Shown: piece after piece, positions 42,944 through 54,055 of the stretch
Position numbering within the stretch: the first letter of the stretch is position 1
Layout of the letters: each line of letters starts with the position of its first letter
Source of the DNA: an uncultured Acidobacteriota bacterium
GTDB lineage: Bacteria > Acidobacteriota > UBA6911
Direction: 5' to 3'
Assembly (NCBI GenBank): GCA_963827655.1
Contig: CAWHCF010000026.1
Location: 256,001 to 320,000 of the forward strand
Length of the DNA stretch: 64,000 bases
The notes under the pieces: generated by a model
What the model was told of the DNA's origin: nothing
The model's database searches: none
Seen by the model: only the letters and a program-made list of their open reading frames with translations
Program-made: the position numbers and the translations under genes

Positions 42944-45226
42944 ATGAGTAAACAGGAAGGATACCTGGTGAAGGGATTCCAACACTTCCTGCGACGGCTC
43001 GTGGGAGCCGGGCTTTATCTGATTCTGCTCACGCCCCTTCTGGTGTGGCATGGCTTCCTGTTCCCGCATTTGACGGCGAAAGTCCTTGCCTTCCAGGTCC
43101 TGGTCGAAATCGTCTGCGCCGCGGCTCTGGCCCTGGTGTTACTTCAGATTCGCCGGCCGGCTCGACCCACGAAGTGGCATGCTACAACGTCGTCGCTGAC
43201 GATTGGCCTGGCTCTTTACCTGATCTACTCCGTGGTCAGTTCATTTTTCGGAATCGATCTCAGGCGAAGCCTCTGGGGTTTTGTAGACCGTCAGGATGGG
43301 CTGATCCTGTCGCTGCATTTTTTCGCATGGTTTGCCTTGCTGGTGTGGTTCTACTCGAACCCCAGGAATCTCTCTCCTGCGGAACCGCACGGGCATCCGG
43401 TCAAAGACAAGGGCCATTCGCCGGACAGGGTCCATCCGCCGGGTTTGAAAGAGCCCAGGATCATTTCCTATGTGAAGTTTTCTTTCTGGGTGAGCTTTGC
43501 AGTCGCCGTGACCGCCCTGATGGAGTGGCTAAGCGTCAGGTACGCAGATAGCGTCCCTGTGCTCCTGCAGACACCGTTTCCGGAACGGCCCAGTGGAGTC
43601 CTTGGGAATCCGATGGCGATCGGGCCCTATCTTCTGGTTCACTTTTTTTACGGCCTTTATTATCTCGTCGTCATTGCCCGTCGCGAGACGCCTCACCAAC
43701 ACGCTTCCAAGAACCAGCGCCGCTCTGGCGTCAAGCCTCGCTGGCGTCCGAGTTTCTTATCCATCCTGATTCTGGCGGCCGAGCTCGTCTTGCTCGTCGT
43801 CATCCTTCTGGGCCAGACTCGCGGCGTGATCTTCGCGCTCCTGGGCAGTCTCTTCACGGTAGCTGTCGTTTTCCTCTTCAAGGGAGAGGGAACACGCCGG
43901 CTCAAATTCGCGGCTGTGATTCTCTGCCTGCTGGTACTCGCCGGTGGTTTGGCCGTCTGGAAGTTTCGCGAGACAGATGCCGTGAGAAAGATGCCCTTGC
44001 TGGAGAGATTGACTCGCATTTCGATTACCGAGAATGAGAGCACCCGCATGCGTCTCATGGTGTGGCAGAGCACCGCGAAAGGCTTCCGGGACCATCCCCT
44101 CCAGGGGTGGGGGCACAACAACGTCTATTACGCCTTGAACCGGCACTATGATCCGAGACACGTAAGCTTTCAGCCGGACTTCGCGGAATCGAGAGCCACC
44201 TGGTACGACAAATCTCACAATGCCTTGTTGGAGATGCTGGCTGAGAAGGGCTCTCTGGGAGCCCTCTTGTTCGTGGCAGTGGTGATTGCGGTTCTGATCA
44301 ACTTATACAAAGTGAGAGACAGCGCCCTGTGCCTGTGTCTGATCGGGGCTCTGTCGGCTTACGCTTTCAGCAACCTGGTCGCGTTCGACACTTTTGGCTC
44401 TCTGTTCGGGCTATACCTGTCCTTGGCTCTCCTGGCGGCGTCGACACACTCCAAGGAAGCAATAAATCCCGAGCCCAGGAAGAAGGCCGATAAGAAACCT
44501 CCGGGAGAGCTAGGTTTCGCCCGGCAGATAGGCATCGTGGCTATCTCGGCGGGGCTGGTGCTTGCGCTTTATGTGAATAGAGAAATTGCCGTCGCGAATG
44601 CGAGATCCTTTGAGGCGCACACTGTATTCGATCAGTCTCCGGCGAGTGGTGAAGCGCTCTATCAAGAGGCCTTCAAACATCTTTCACCCTACCTGCCGAG
44701 GGAAAAGCTCAACTACTGCTATCGTGTCGTCAACAGTCTTATCAACAAGAGACCGCTCGGGAATAACAGCCTGGAACAAGCTCTGCAGGGGGCGAGGGAA
44801 GCGGTGGCGGCGCATCCCTTCGATGTGGCGGGTTACATGATTCTCAACGAGGTGTACAACGGCCTGGGGCTGCACGTCGACAAGAAGTATCTCGATCAGG
44901 CCGAGGTGGCCGGCCGGAGGGCTCTCGAGCTCAGCCCGACGCGGCAGGAAGCGATCTTTTTCCTGGGCCGCACCTATATCTTGCGCAATGAGCCTCGCCG
45001 CGCGGTCGAGCTGAACGAAACGATGGTCAAGAGCTATCCCGATTTTGCCCTGGGTCACTGGTTTCTTGGCCTGTCTCTCATTGCGGACAATGCGCAGGAA
45101 CGCGCGCGCGCCGAGATCAAGCAGGCTCTTCAGATGGGCTACAAGTTTCGCAATGACGAAGAACGCAACGTGGTGAAGCAATTATTTGGTGAGAAGGCTT
45201 TCAACGAGTTGATAAACCACCAATGA
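42944..45226 (+). CDS. O-antigen ligase-family protein with C-terminal TPR
   Basis: QTRG, R..VW......DHPLQGWG, SHNALLEMLAEKG motif; TPR tail. Confidence 0.85.
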   Translation: MSKQEGYLVKGFQHFLRRLVGAGLYLILLTPLLVWHGFLFPHLTAKVLAFQVLVEIVCAAALALVLLQIRRPARPTKWHATTSSLTIGLALYLIYSVVSSFFGIDLRRSLWGFVDRQDGLILSLHFFAWFALLVWFYSNPRNLSPAEPHGHPVKDKGHSPDRVHPPGLKEPRIISYVKFSFWVSFAVAVTALMEWLSVRYADSVPVLLQTPFPERPSGVLGNPMAIGPYLLVHFFYGLYYLVVIARRETPHQHASKNQRRSGVKPRWRPSFLSILILAAELVLLVVILLGQTRGVIFALLGSLFTVAVVFLFKGEGTRRLKFAAVILCLLVLAGGLAVWKFRETDAVRKMPLLERLTRISITENESTRMRLMVWQSTAKGFRDHPLQGWGHNNVYYALNRHYDPRHVSFQPDFAESRATWYDKSHNALLEMLAEKGSLGALLFVAVVIAVLINLYKVRDSALCLCLIGALSAYAFSNLVAFDTFGSLFGLYLSLALLAASTHSKEAINPEPRKKADKKPPGELGFARQIGIVAISAGLVLALYVNREIAVANARSFEAHTVFDQSPASGEALYQEAFKHLSPYLPREKLNYCYRVVNSLINKRPLGNNSLEQALQGAREAVAAHPFDVAGYMILNEVYNGLGLHVDKKYLDQAEVAGRRALELSPTRQEAIFFLGRTYILRNEPRRAVELNETMVKSYPDFALGHWFLGLSLIADNAQERARAEIKQALQMGYKFRNDEERNVVKQLFGEKAFNELINHQ

Positions 45227-45275
45227 ATGTAGTTTTGTTAGTATTTCTTCGTGTCTTTGTGTCTTAGAGGTATTT

Positions 45276-46712
45276 GTGGAATCGTCCGAAGTCAGCACGC
45301 TAATACGCCGGAAAGAGAGTCTAGCCTCGACTGAGCTAGACCTCTCGCGCCATCTCTTCCTGGTAGTCCTGGGGGACTGCGTCGTCGTGCTTGCGGCGTA
45401 TGTTGTGGCATTTCAGTTGCGCTCTTTGGTTCCGATCCCGTTCACGAACGAACTGCTCCCATCCGAGCGCTTCTTGCAGGTGAGGCACTACTGGTGGCTC
45501 ATCCTCGCCCTTCAGCCCGCGCTTCTCTTTCTCCTCGACACTTACCATGAGATTCGTCTCAAGAGCCTTCGGGAGTTCATCCAATCGATAGGCGCCGCCA
45601 GCGGGATTCAGGTTTTGATCTTGATCGCGGTCTATTTCTTCAGCGGGAACCTGACGTTCCCGCGAACCATCTTTCCGATTTACTGGATGTTGAACTGGGC
45701 CGGCCTTGTGGTCTGGCGGCTGGCGGTCAAACGAACGGCGAGCCAGAGGAAACGGCGGGCGTTGATTGTCGGAACGGGACCACTTGCAGAGCAACTGATA
45801 GCAGAGTTAGAACGGACGCCCGAGATCGGGCTTGAGGTGGCAGGGATCGTATCGGATCGAGTAGGCAAAGGAGAATTCGTGGACCGGTACGAGGTTCTCG
45901 GAAGAAACGAGGATGTCCCCGACCTGATCCGCTTGCATGAAATCGAGCAGATCATACTGACGCCGGAAGAAACCACCTGGAGAGACCGCCTGGTGCACTC
46001 GATCAGCCGGCTCGGGGCATCCCGGGTGAGCGTCAGCATAGTGCCTTCGGTTTACGAGATCCTGATCGGACGCATCAAACACTTCAACATTCGGGACATT
46101 CCACTCATCGAGATGGTCGAGAAACCCAACGATCCGGTTGCCGCCTTTTTGCGCAGATCCCGCGACCTGGTCTTTTCGATCATGTTTATCCTGATTCTCA
46201 TACCGTTGTGGGCGGTGGTCGCCGTGGCCATCAAGCTGTCGGACGGCGGTTCCGTGCTCTACGGTCAGAACCGGGTAGGGAAGGGAGGAAAGCTTTTTCG
46301 CCTGTATAAATTTCGAACCATGCTGCAAGGATCCGAGGATGAAACCGGACCGGTCCTGGCGAAGGCGGATGATCCGCGTCTGACTCGATTGGGGCGATTC
46401 TTGCGCGGCTACCGGATTGATGAGACCGTCCAGCTGGTTAACGTGTTCAAAGGTGACATGAGTCTGGTAGGGCCGAGACCCGACCGGCCGGAGTTTGTGT
46501 CGCGCTTCGCCACGGAAATCCACGGATACGACGAAAGGCACAAAGTGAAACCGGGAATCACGGGCCTGGCCCAGATCCGCGGTTATTATCATACCGACCC
46601 CGCGATCAAGCTGAAGTACGACCTGGCCTATATCTATAACTACTCCTTTTTTCTGGACTTGATTATTCTGCTTGAGACATTCAGGATCGTGGTGCGGAGG
46701 CGTGGAGTCTAG
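45276..46712 (+). CDS. Polyprenyl-phosphate sugar phosphotransferase (WcaJ/WbaP-like)
   Basis: YKFRTM, DPRLT, DMSLVGPRP, KPGITGLAQI. Confidence 0.93.
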   Translation: MESSEVSTLIRRKESLASTELDLSRHLFLVVLGDCVVVLAAYVVAFQLRSLVPIPFTNELLPSERFLQVRHYWWLILALQPALLFLLDTYHEIRLKSLREFIQSIGAASGIQVLILIAVYFFSGNLTFPRTIFPIYWMLNWAGLVVWRLAVKRTASQRKRRALIVGTGPLAEQLIAELERTPEIGLEVAGIVSDRVGKGEFVDRYEVLGRNEDVPDLIRLHEIEQIILTPEETTWRDRLVHSISRLGASRVSVSIVPSVYEILIGRIKHFNIRDIPLIEMVEKPNDPVAAFLRRSRDLVFSIMFILILIPLWAVVAVAIKLSDGGSVLYGQNRVGKGGKLFRLYKFRTMLQGSEDETGPVLAKADDPRLTRLGRFLRGYRIDETVQLVNVFKGDMSLVGPRPDRPEFVSRFATEIHGYDERHKVKPGITGLAQIRGYYHTDPAIKLKYDLAYIYNYSFFLDLIILLETFRIVVRRRGV

Positions 46713-46729
46713 ATTCTTGGTGTTTCTTC

Positions 46730-47923
46730 GTGTCTTCGTGTCTTCGTGGTATTTGTTTCGTGCTCATCGGGATCGACGTAACCTCGGCGTTAGCCAGCCA
46801 GACCGGCGTTGGAGTCTGCGTCCGCGAGCTGGTCCACGCGATGCTCTCGAGTTCGAATGGCGGCAACACTTTCCGGCTGTGCGCGGTCTCCGCGCGCCGT
46901 GATTCGTTGCCGCGCCTGCGCCGCGCGTTTCCAAACGAACAGGTGAAGTTCAAGGTCCGGCGTCTTCCGATGCGACTGGCCCAGCCGCTTGCAGATTTCG
47001 CACCGCTGCTGAGCCTCGAGGCGATGTTCGGGTCCATGGACGTGTTTCACGCCAACCACCTCATGGTTCCCGCTCCGCGCCGGACTGCGACGTTGATGAG
47101 CGTCTACGATCTGACGCCGCTCCGTTTCCCTGAGTTTCACCTCGCCAGCAATCGGTTCACGGCGCGCCAGCTGCGGCGCTGGACCGACCGGGCCGACCGT
47201 GTGATCGTGAATTCCCGGGCGACATCGCAAGACCTCCAGGATCTCGCCGGAGTCGACGCGACCCGGATCCGGGTCGTTCCTCTCGGGGTGCGAGCCTGTT
47301 TTCGTAAGCTCCCGGTGGAAGAAGATGCCGGCGGACTTCTGCGCGAGCTCGGGCTCGATCGGGACTATATTCTGGCGGTCGGCGCGCTGGAACCGCGCAA
47401 GAACCTGCCCCGCCTTCTCAGAGCCTTCCATATCCTGCGGGAGAATTACCGGATTCCCCACGTGCTCGCGCTGGCAGGTCCCAAGGGGTGGAATTCAGAC
47501 GGAATTCTGGAGGCAATCCGGGAACTCAGGCTCGAGCAAGCGGTCCGGGTCACCGGATTCGTCGAGGACCGGACTCTGAACATTCTCTACAACCGGGCCT
47601 CCGTCCTCGTCTACCCTACTCTGTACGAGGGGTTCGGACTTCCTCCGCTGGAAGCCATGGCGGCGGGTTGCCCGGTCGCCGTCTCGAACTCGAGCTCAAT
47701 ACCCGAGGTGGTGGGCGATGCGGGCCTGTATTTTGATCCGGAGAAGCCGGACGAGATCGCCTCGGCGGTCTATCGGATCCTGGACTCGCCCGAGCTTCGG
47801 CGCAGGCTCGTGCAGTCGGGCCTGCAGCGGGCGCAGGATTTCGCGTGGCAGAAATCGGCGGAACGTGTGCTGGCAGTGTACGGTGAAGCCCGCGAGGAAA
47901 AGAGCCGGCGCGCAATACCATGA
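46730..47923 (+). CDS. Glycosyltransferase family 4
   Basis: [20 protein letters not shown]; start uncertain. Confidence 0.9.
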   Translation: MSSCLRGICFVLIGIDVTSALASQTGVGVCVRELVHAMLSSSNGGNTFRLCAVSARRDSLPRLRRAFPNEQVKFKVRRLPMRLAQPLADFAPLLSLEAMFGSMDVFHANHLMVPAPRRTATLMSVYDLTPLRFPEFHLASNRFTARQLRRWTDRADRVIVNSRATSQDLQDLAGVDATRIRVVPLGVRACFRKLPVEEDAGGLLRELGLDRDYILAVGALEPRKNLPRLLRAFHILRENYRIPHVLALAGPKGWNSDGILEAIRELRLEQAVRVTGFVEDRTLNILYNRASVLVYPTLYEGFGLPPLEAMAAGCPVAVSNSSSIPEVVGDAGLYFDPEKPDEIASAVYRILDSPELRRRLVQSGLQRAQDFAWQKSAERVLAVYGEAREEKSRRAIP

Positions 47924-48815
47924 GCTCGCGAGCAGCTAACGCATCCAGGCGAGAGGTGATTATCGAGCGCCGCTCGGTCTCGGCGCCTTTCGACAGCATC
48001 CTCAGGAATCTGAATCCGCTCGCCCTGGCGCGCAACCTCTGGACGCACCGTGACCTGGTCCGGCAGTTCACCGGCCGGGAGATCGCCGGCCGGTACAAGG
48101 GTTCTTTCTTCGGTTTGTTCTGGTCGTTCTTTCACCCGCTTGTTCTTCTCCTGACTTACACGTTCGTGTTCGGTCTCGTGTTCCGCGCCCGCTGGGGCGA
48201 ACGCGGCTCCAGTTCTCTCGGAGAATTTTCGCTGGTGCTGTTCAGCGGACTGATCGCCTTCAACATTTTCAGCGAGTCTGTGAACCGGTCGGCCGGCCTC
48301 ATTCCCACGGTGCCCAATTATGTGAAGAAGGTAGTTTTCCCGCTCGAGATCCTTCCGGTGAGCGTTCTCGGCTCGGCTCTTTTTCACGCGCTGGTGAGCC
48401 TGGCGATTCTGCTGGGCGCCAGCCTCGCGTTCGGACCCGGGCTTCAGTGGACATTGATTTTGCTGCCGGTCGTAGCCCTGCCCCTCCTTTTCCTGACCCT
48501 GGGGCTGAGCTGGTTTCTCGCCGCGCTCGGGGTTTACGTTCGAGATGTTCACTACACGGTGACTCTGGCCGTTCAGGTGTTTTTCTTCCTGACTCCGATC
48601 TTTTATCCTTTAGAAGCCGTGCCTGAGGGCTTTCGAAGGCTTGTCGGACTGAATCCTTGAGTCCGGTGGTCGAAGATTTCAGGCGGGTAATTCTGTGGGG
48701 AACCCTGCCGGAGTGGAGGTGGTTTGGCGCCTGGCTCGCCGCCACGGCGGTCGTGATGCTTCTCGGATATGCCTGGTTCATGAAGACGAAAAAGGGCTTT
48801 GCGGATGTCATCTAG
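47920..48815 (+). CDS. wzm: Polysaccharide ABC transporter permease (frameshift near 48657)
   Basis: RYKGSFFGLFW, NYVKKVVFP, TPIFYP; C-terminus FMKTKKGFADVI in a shifted frame. Confidence 0.9.
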
Positions 48816-48851
48816 GCCCCGAATCCCCGTCGTGTTATATTCCTGACCCAG

Positions 48852-50324
48852 ATGATCGATCAAACGGCGGATATGACGCAGCCGGCGCCGGCCTCGGGGC
48901 TTGCCCGGGACGTGGCAGTCCGCGCCAGCGACCTCGGCAAGATGTACCGGATCTACGACCGGCCGGAAGATCGTCTGAAGCAGATGCTTCTTTGCCGTCT
49001 CGGACGAAGCTACGGGCACGAGTTCTGGGGTCTGCGCCACGTCAGCTTCGAGGTTCGCCGCGGAGAGCGGTTCGGGATTATCGGGAAAAACGGGGCCGGC
49101 AAGAGCACGCTTCTCCAGATCATCGCCGGTACGGTCGCGCCCTCCGAGGGCGAGGTTCGGCTGCGCGGGCGCGTCTCCGCCTTGCTCGAGCTGGGTAGCG
49201 GATTCAACCCGGAGTTCACCGGGCGGGAGAATGTGTTTCTCAATGGCTCGATCCTCGGAGTGCCGCGCAGCGAGATGGAAGCCCGCTTCGACGACATTGC
49301 CGCCTTTGCGGATATCGGCGATTTCATCGACCAGCCGGTGAAGCTCTACTCGAGCGGGATGTTCGTGCGCCTGGCGTTCGCGGTGACCACGAGCGTGGAT
49401 GCGGATATCCTGGTCATCGACGAGGCGCTGGCGGTTGGGGACATCTTCTTCCGCCAGAAGTGTTACAAGAGACTGGAGGAGCTGGTCGAGCGCGGCGTCT
49501 CGATCATCCTGGTGAGCCATGCGATGACGGAGGTGGAGCAGTTCTGCCAGCGCGCCCTCCTGCTCGATCAGGGCGCGCCGTTGCTTGTCGGTTCGGCTTC
49601 TGAAGCCGTAAAGCGCTATTACCTGCTCGAGCAGCAGGACCGTTCGGTTCCTGCGCCGAAGGCGGGTGCTGCAAGCTCAAACTCCCCGGAGAGGTTGTCG
49701 GAGGGGCCGGAGCCTTTCTTCCGGCCTTCGCCGGAAAGCTTTCTCGACATCAGCCAGGTTACGCAGGTGAGCAATGGCTGGGCCCGATGCACGGGTGTTG
49801 CGCTCTGCAACACGCGGGACGAGCCCTGCGCGGTCTTCGAGCAGGGCGAAACGGCGCGGTTTTTTTACGAGTTCGAGTTGCTCAAGGACATTGACGTGCC
49901 CATAGGCGGCATCGTCCTTCAAAACGACAAAGGTGTCATCGTCCATGGCAAGAGCACGCTCGAATACGGCTCTGAAGCGCCCAATTCGGTCAGGCATGGA
50001 AGCCGCCTCTTGTTTCGACAGGATATATGCCTGGAACTGGGCATCGGCGACTATACCTTCGAGGTCGGATTGGCAACAGTATCGCCGGCGGTCTATGAAC
50101 GCCGGCATCTCCGCACCTGGCCGGAGTTGAGCTCGGCCATCGAACGGATCTGCCATTTGCCCGGCGTTGGTCAACTCGCGGTCATTTTCCGAACGGCTGC
50201 CGGTCCAACTCAGCTGATGCATCACGGCGTCGCCAACCTTCCGGGGAATTGTCATCTATTCGTAAGAGCCCCGGAGGTTGAGCTGGAGAGTACAAGGCAT
50301 CTTGGTGTTTCTTCGCGTCTTTGA
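48852..50324 (+). CDS. wzt: Polysaccharide ABC transporter ATPase with Wzt_C domain
   Basis: GKNGAGKST, YSSGMFVRLAF, DEALAVGD, C-terminal beta domain. Confidence 0.92.
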   Translation: MIDQTADMTQPAPASGLARDVAVRASDLGKMYRIYDRPEDRLKQMLLCRLGRSYGHEFWGLRHVSFEVRRGERFGIIGKNGAGKSTLLQIIAGTVAPSEGEVRLRGRVSALLELGSGFNPEFTGRENVFLNGSILGVPRSEMEARFDDIAAFADIGDFIDQPVKLYSSGMFVRLAFAVTTSVDADILVIDEALAVGDIFFRQKCYKRLEELVERGVSIILVSHAMTEVEQFCQRALLLDQGAPLLVGSASEAVKRYYLLEQQDRSVPAPKAGAASSNSPERLSEGPEPFFRPSPESFLDISQVTQVSNGWARCTGVALCNTRDEPCAVFEQGETARFFYEFELLKDIDVPIGGIVLQNDKGVIVHGKSTLEYGSEAPNSVRHGSRLLFRQDICLELGIGDYTFEVGLATVSPAVYERRHLRTWPELSSAIERICHLPGVGQLAVIFRTAAGPTQLMHHGVANLPGNCHLFVRAPEVELESTRHLGVSSRL

Positions 50325-51254
50325 GTCTTGGTGGTATTTTGAGCCTTTCAGATCGGCTTCCCCGAATTACGGTAATCACTCCCAGCCTCAATCAGGGTGA
50401 GTTCATCCGGCAGACCGTTGATAGTGTCGTCTCCCAGGGCTACCCGGAGCTCGACTACTGGGTAATTGATGGTGGATCCAGCGACGGCACGCTCTCGATT
50501 CTCCGGTCTTATCAGAACGCGCTCCGTTACATCTCGGAGCCCGATGCGGGCCAGGCGGAAGCCGTTAACAAGGGGTTTCATCGGGCGACCGGGGACGTGA
50601 TCGGCTGGCTGAATTCCGATGACATGTATCTTCCCGGCGCGCTGGAGACAGTAGGGATTTTCTTCCGCGACCACCCGGATACCGCCGTGCTATACGGGGA
50701 CGCGTACTACTGTGATGATTCCGGAAAGATTCTGGAGCCGTATCCGACCCGGGACTTCGACTGGGAAAGCTTTTCGAGCGAATGCTACGTTTGCCAGCCC
50801 TCCGTCTTTTTTCGCCGGCGAGTCCTTGAGGATGTGGGCGTGCTCGAATCCAGCGCTTCATTTCTCAATGGATTACGATTTCTGGATCAGGGTCTTTCGA
50901 TTACACCCTCCGCGGCGCATCCGTCAATTTCTGTCGGTTTCGAGGATGTACTCGCGCAACAAGACATTGTCAAACCGCCCGGCAGGTCTGGCGGAGACCA
51001 TCCGGGTAGTTCGACATCATTACGGCCGCGTACCGTATAAATGGGCCTTCGCCTACGCAAGTCATCTCAGGCACGGGAACGACCAGTACTATGACAGACG
51101 GGCTCCCACGGTCGCCGATAGCCTGTCGGCCCTGCTCTGGCTGGCCTGGTTTAATCGAGCGAACCCTCGGTATTTCATCCAGTGCCTTGCGGAGAGGTTT
51201 CAGGCTCTGCGCTCCGTGGCCGCCCTGAAGCACTCGATTAATGAGCGATCCTAG
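50321..51254 (+). CDS. Glycosyltransferase family 2 (frameshift near 50850)
   Basis: ITPSLNQG, DGGSSD, WLNSDD, MDYDFW in a shifted frame. Confidence 0.88.
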
Positions 51255-51261
51255 GAGACTT

Positions 51262-51580
51262 TGGAGTGCGGTAGCTTGCTTCGCCTGGAATTGCGACGGC
51301 CAGAAGAGACTGTCGCAAAAGTCAGCTCTACCCTGAATGCGGCTAGACACTTTCCCACGAAGTCTGTGAGCAAACAGCCGCAAGGCCCGTAGGGCCGACA
51401 GTGCGTAGCCCCCTCCGGGAATGGGCTCACTGAGCGCCGACAGGTGCGGCACGGTCGGAGTGCCGGTCCTCGGACCTCGGACTCGGGTCTGCCAGCTTCG
51501 CCTTGACGGCGGGGCTATTCACTGCCGGGCCTTCGGCCCTGGTTAACTGCACCAGTATCCGTGCCTGCAAATGTCCAAGT
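51262..51580. repeat. Composite REP/BIME-like element with an IS-end-like segment
   Basis: Colinear with 18833-19062; AGAGACTGTCGCAAAA at 51305 resembles AGAGGCTGTCGCAAAA at 29988. Confidence 0.65.
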
Positions 51581-51681
51581 CCAGGCGCCGCGCCATGACG
51601 CTCGGGAACGCTTGAGCGGAGTAGGAATTGGTTGAGGCCCGCAAAAGCCGGCAGCGGGGACATTTACTCTCGGTCTAATAA

Positions 51682-52527
51682 GTGCAAAATCTCTCGATGA
51701 AACAAGTGCTCCTCGCACCCAGTGACGTAGCCGCCGGCTACGAGAAAATGAGCGAAGTTTATCCCTGCATTCCCCCCTTGATTGTCTGGCGGGCGTGGGA
51801 GCTTGCCGCCTATAAGCGATACTCTCTGCGCGAGCCCATCCTTGATCTGGGATGCGGTGACGGTCAGTTCTTTCGTCAATCGTGGCCCGACTTGCGCGAC
51901 GTCGTTGGAGTCGACATCAACCCGGGGACGGCGGATCTGGCCCGCCGGTCCGGAATTTATCGTGAAGTGTATGCTTCCCCGGGACATGAGTTACCTCTTG
52001 GCGCGGCGAGTTTTTCCTCGGCATTTGCCAATTGCTCCCTGGAACATATGGACCGTTTGCCGGATGTTTTAGCTGAGATCTCACGTACCCTTCGTCCGGA
52101 AAGTTATTTTCTCCTCAGCGTCGTCACTGATAAGTTCCTGAAATGGGCTACATTGCCGCTCATGATCAGCGAGATGGGAGACCCGAAATGGGCGGAATCT
52201 CTTCAGACCGGTTATGAGGCGTATCACCACCTTGCCAATCCTCTCCCGCTGGAAACCTGGACCGAGCGCCTGGAAGGGGCCGGCTTCCAGGTTCTCGAGC
52301 ATGTTCCGATCCTGCCGGAGATGACGAGCCGGGTCTTCCTGTTTCTTGATCACCTGTGGCACATTCCGAACTCTTCGGGAGAGATCGGCAACATTCTTTA
52401 CCCCTATTTCCAGTCCCTGAGTCATTTCTCTGATGTCTTCCAACGAATCATGAACGAGATCTTGCAGCTCGAACGCGACTGGACGGTCGGAAGCGGAGCG
52501 GTTTTCCTGGCATGCAAAGCCAAGTAA
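51682..52527 (+). CDS. Class I SAM-dependent methyltransferase
   Basis: ILDLGCGDG, GVDI, SLEHM. Confidence 0.88.
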   Translation: MQNLSMKQVLLAPSDVAAGYEKMSEVYPCIPPLIVWRAWELAAYKRYSLREPILDLGCGDGQFFRQSWPDLRDVVGVDINPGTADLARRSGIYREVYASPGHELPLGAASFSSAFANCSLEHMDRLPDVLAEISRTLRPESYFLLSVVTDKFLKWATLPLMISEMGDPKWAESLQTGYEAYHHLANPLPLETWTERLEGAGFQVLEHVPILPEMTSRVFLFLDHLWHIPNSSGEIGNILYPYFQSLSHFSDVFQRIMNEILQLERDWTVGSGAVFLACKAK

Positions 52528-54055
52528 GAAAGAAGGCTCCTCAAAGCTGCTGGTGCGGCAATTCCGCGCTCTCGCCATTTTCGCCAGGCTACTTGAAATG
52601 TGATGCCTGCGAGACGCTGGTCCTGGCTGACATGCCCGAACATGAAATCGCCAGGGTAGCGCGGGACGAAGACGGCCTGTACGGAAAGTGAATACTGGTT
52701 CTCCCACCAGGAGGAGAATTTGGGAATCACGAATATAGAGCTCCGCGCGCGGACGGATCTACCTGAACGCTGTCTTCACTGGCTCAAGACGCTCCTGAGG
52801 TACAGGCAACCTCCCGCTTCCGTGCTGGAATTAGGGTGCGCGCACGGAGGTTTCGTCGCGCTCGCGCGAGCGGCGGGTTTTGACGCCACCGGCCTCGAAC
52901 TGAGCCCCTCGATTGCGAATCTGGCGCGGCGCTTTTTCGACATTCCCGTTCTCGTGGGTCCGGTAGAGGATCAAAGGATTCAACCCGCCTCCCTGGATGT
53001 GCTGGCAAACTTCGACGTATTGGAACATCTCCAGGATCCGGTTGGAACGCTGCGTCACTGCCTCGCGCTGCTGAAGCCGGATGGACTTCTACTGATCCAG
53101 ACCCCCCGTTACCGCGAGGGCAATACTTATGACTCGATGGTTGCAGCCAAGGATCCCTTCCTTAGTCTCTTGAGACCTGACGAGCATCTCTACCTTTTCA
53201 GCGAGAGCTCGATTCGCAGCTTCTTTCGCCGGCTGGGCGCCGATTTTCTTGAGTTCGAACCTCCGATCTTTTCCCACTATGACATGTTCCTCCTGGTCAG
53301 CCGCCAACCTCTGATCCGTCACGACCGCACGCCTGCTCCATTGGACAGCGGAGTCTCGGGTCGCCTGCTTCAGGCGATGTTAGATCTGGATGCCTCGATC
53401 CAGGATCTCGTGAAAAAATACGGAGAAATGGATGCAGACCGCGCCGCGCGGCTTGAGGTGATTCACCAGCAGGGGGCGCGGGTAGGCGAGCTGGAAGCGG
53501 AACGAAACAACCTCAAAGCCCAGCTCGACAGCTTGAGTCAGAGCTTTGCCTTCGCCGAAGCGGATCGCGCCGCGCGGCTCGAGGTAATTCACGCAGCAGG
53601 GGGCGCGGGTAGGCGAGCTGGAAGCGGAACGAAACAACCTCAAGGCCCAGCTCGACAGCTTGAGTCAGAGCTTTGCCTTCGCCGAAGCGGATCGCGCGGC
53701 GCGGCTCGAGGTAATTCACGACCAGGGGCGCAGGTTCGCTGAACTGCAGACTCAATATGAGGATCTTCGCGGCAAACTTGCTGAACAGCAATCCCTCGAT
53801 CAAGATGTAAATCAGGAAACTCGGCGAAAGCGAGGAACAAAGATCTGCGCTGGCATTGGTTGCCGCGGCGCGGGCGGAGCAGATCCAAAGAATCTTGGCG
53901 CAGCTCAGAACTCTCCAGGACGCTGCTTCAGCTGAATCCGACATTCGAGAGCCTATCGTCTCATAAGACGTCTCGGCCGCTGGCGTTGGGTGGACGAAAT
54001 CGTCAGCAAGTCGTTCAATGGGGTCAGTCCGCCTGACGAAAACAAAACGTCTTGA
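52512..54055 (+). CDS. SAM methyltransferase with long coiled coil (WbdD-like architecture; several indels)
   Basis: MQSQVRKKAPQSCWCGN..KCDAC Cys cluster, VLELGCAHG, DVLEH, 42-aa repeats, amphipathic tail SRAYRLIRRLGRWRW. Confidence 0.75.
53434..53729 (+). repeat. 126-bp coding tandem repeat (~2.3 copies)
   Basis: Units start at 53434, 53560 and 53687 (one extra base in unit 2). Confidence 0.92.

Noticed and set aside
48658-48660. TGA in wzm as possible selenocysteine
   Set aside because: Downstream coding continues in a shifted frame (missing base in a short run) and it is not a Cys position
52688-52690. TGA in the WbdD-like gene as possible selenocysteine
   Set aside because: Removing one A from the preceding run restores GSEYWFSHQ; a frameshift, not an in-frame stop
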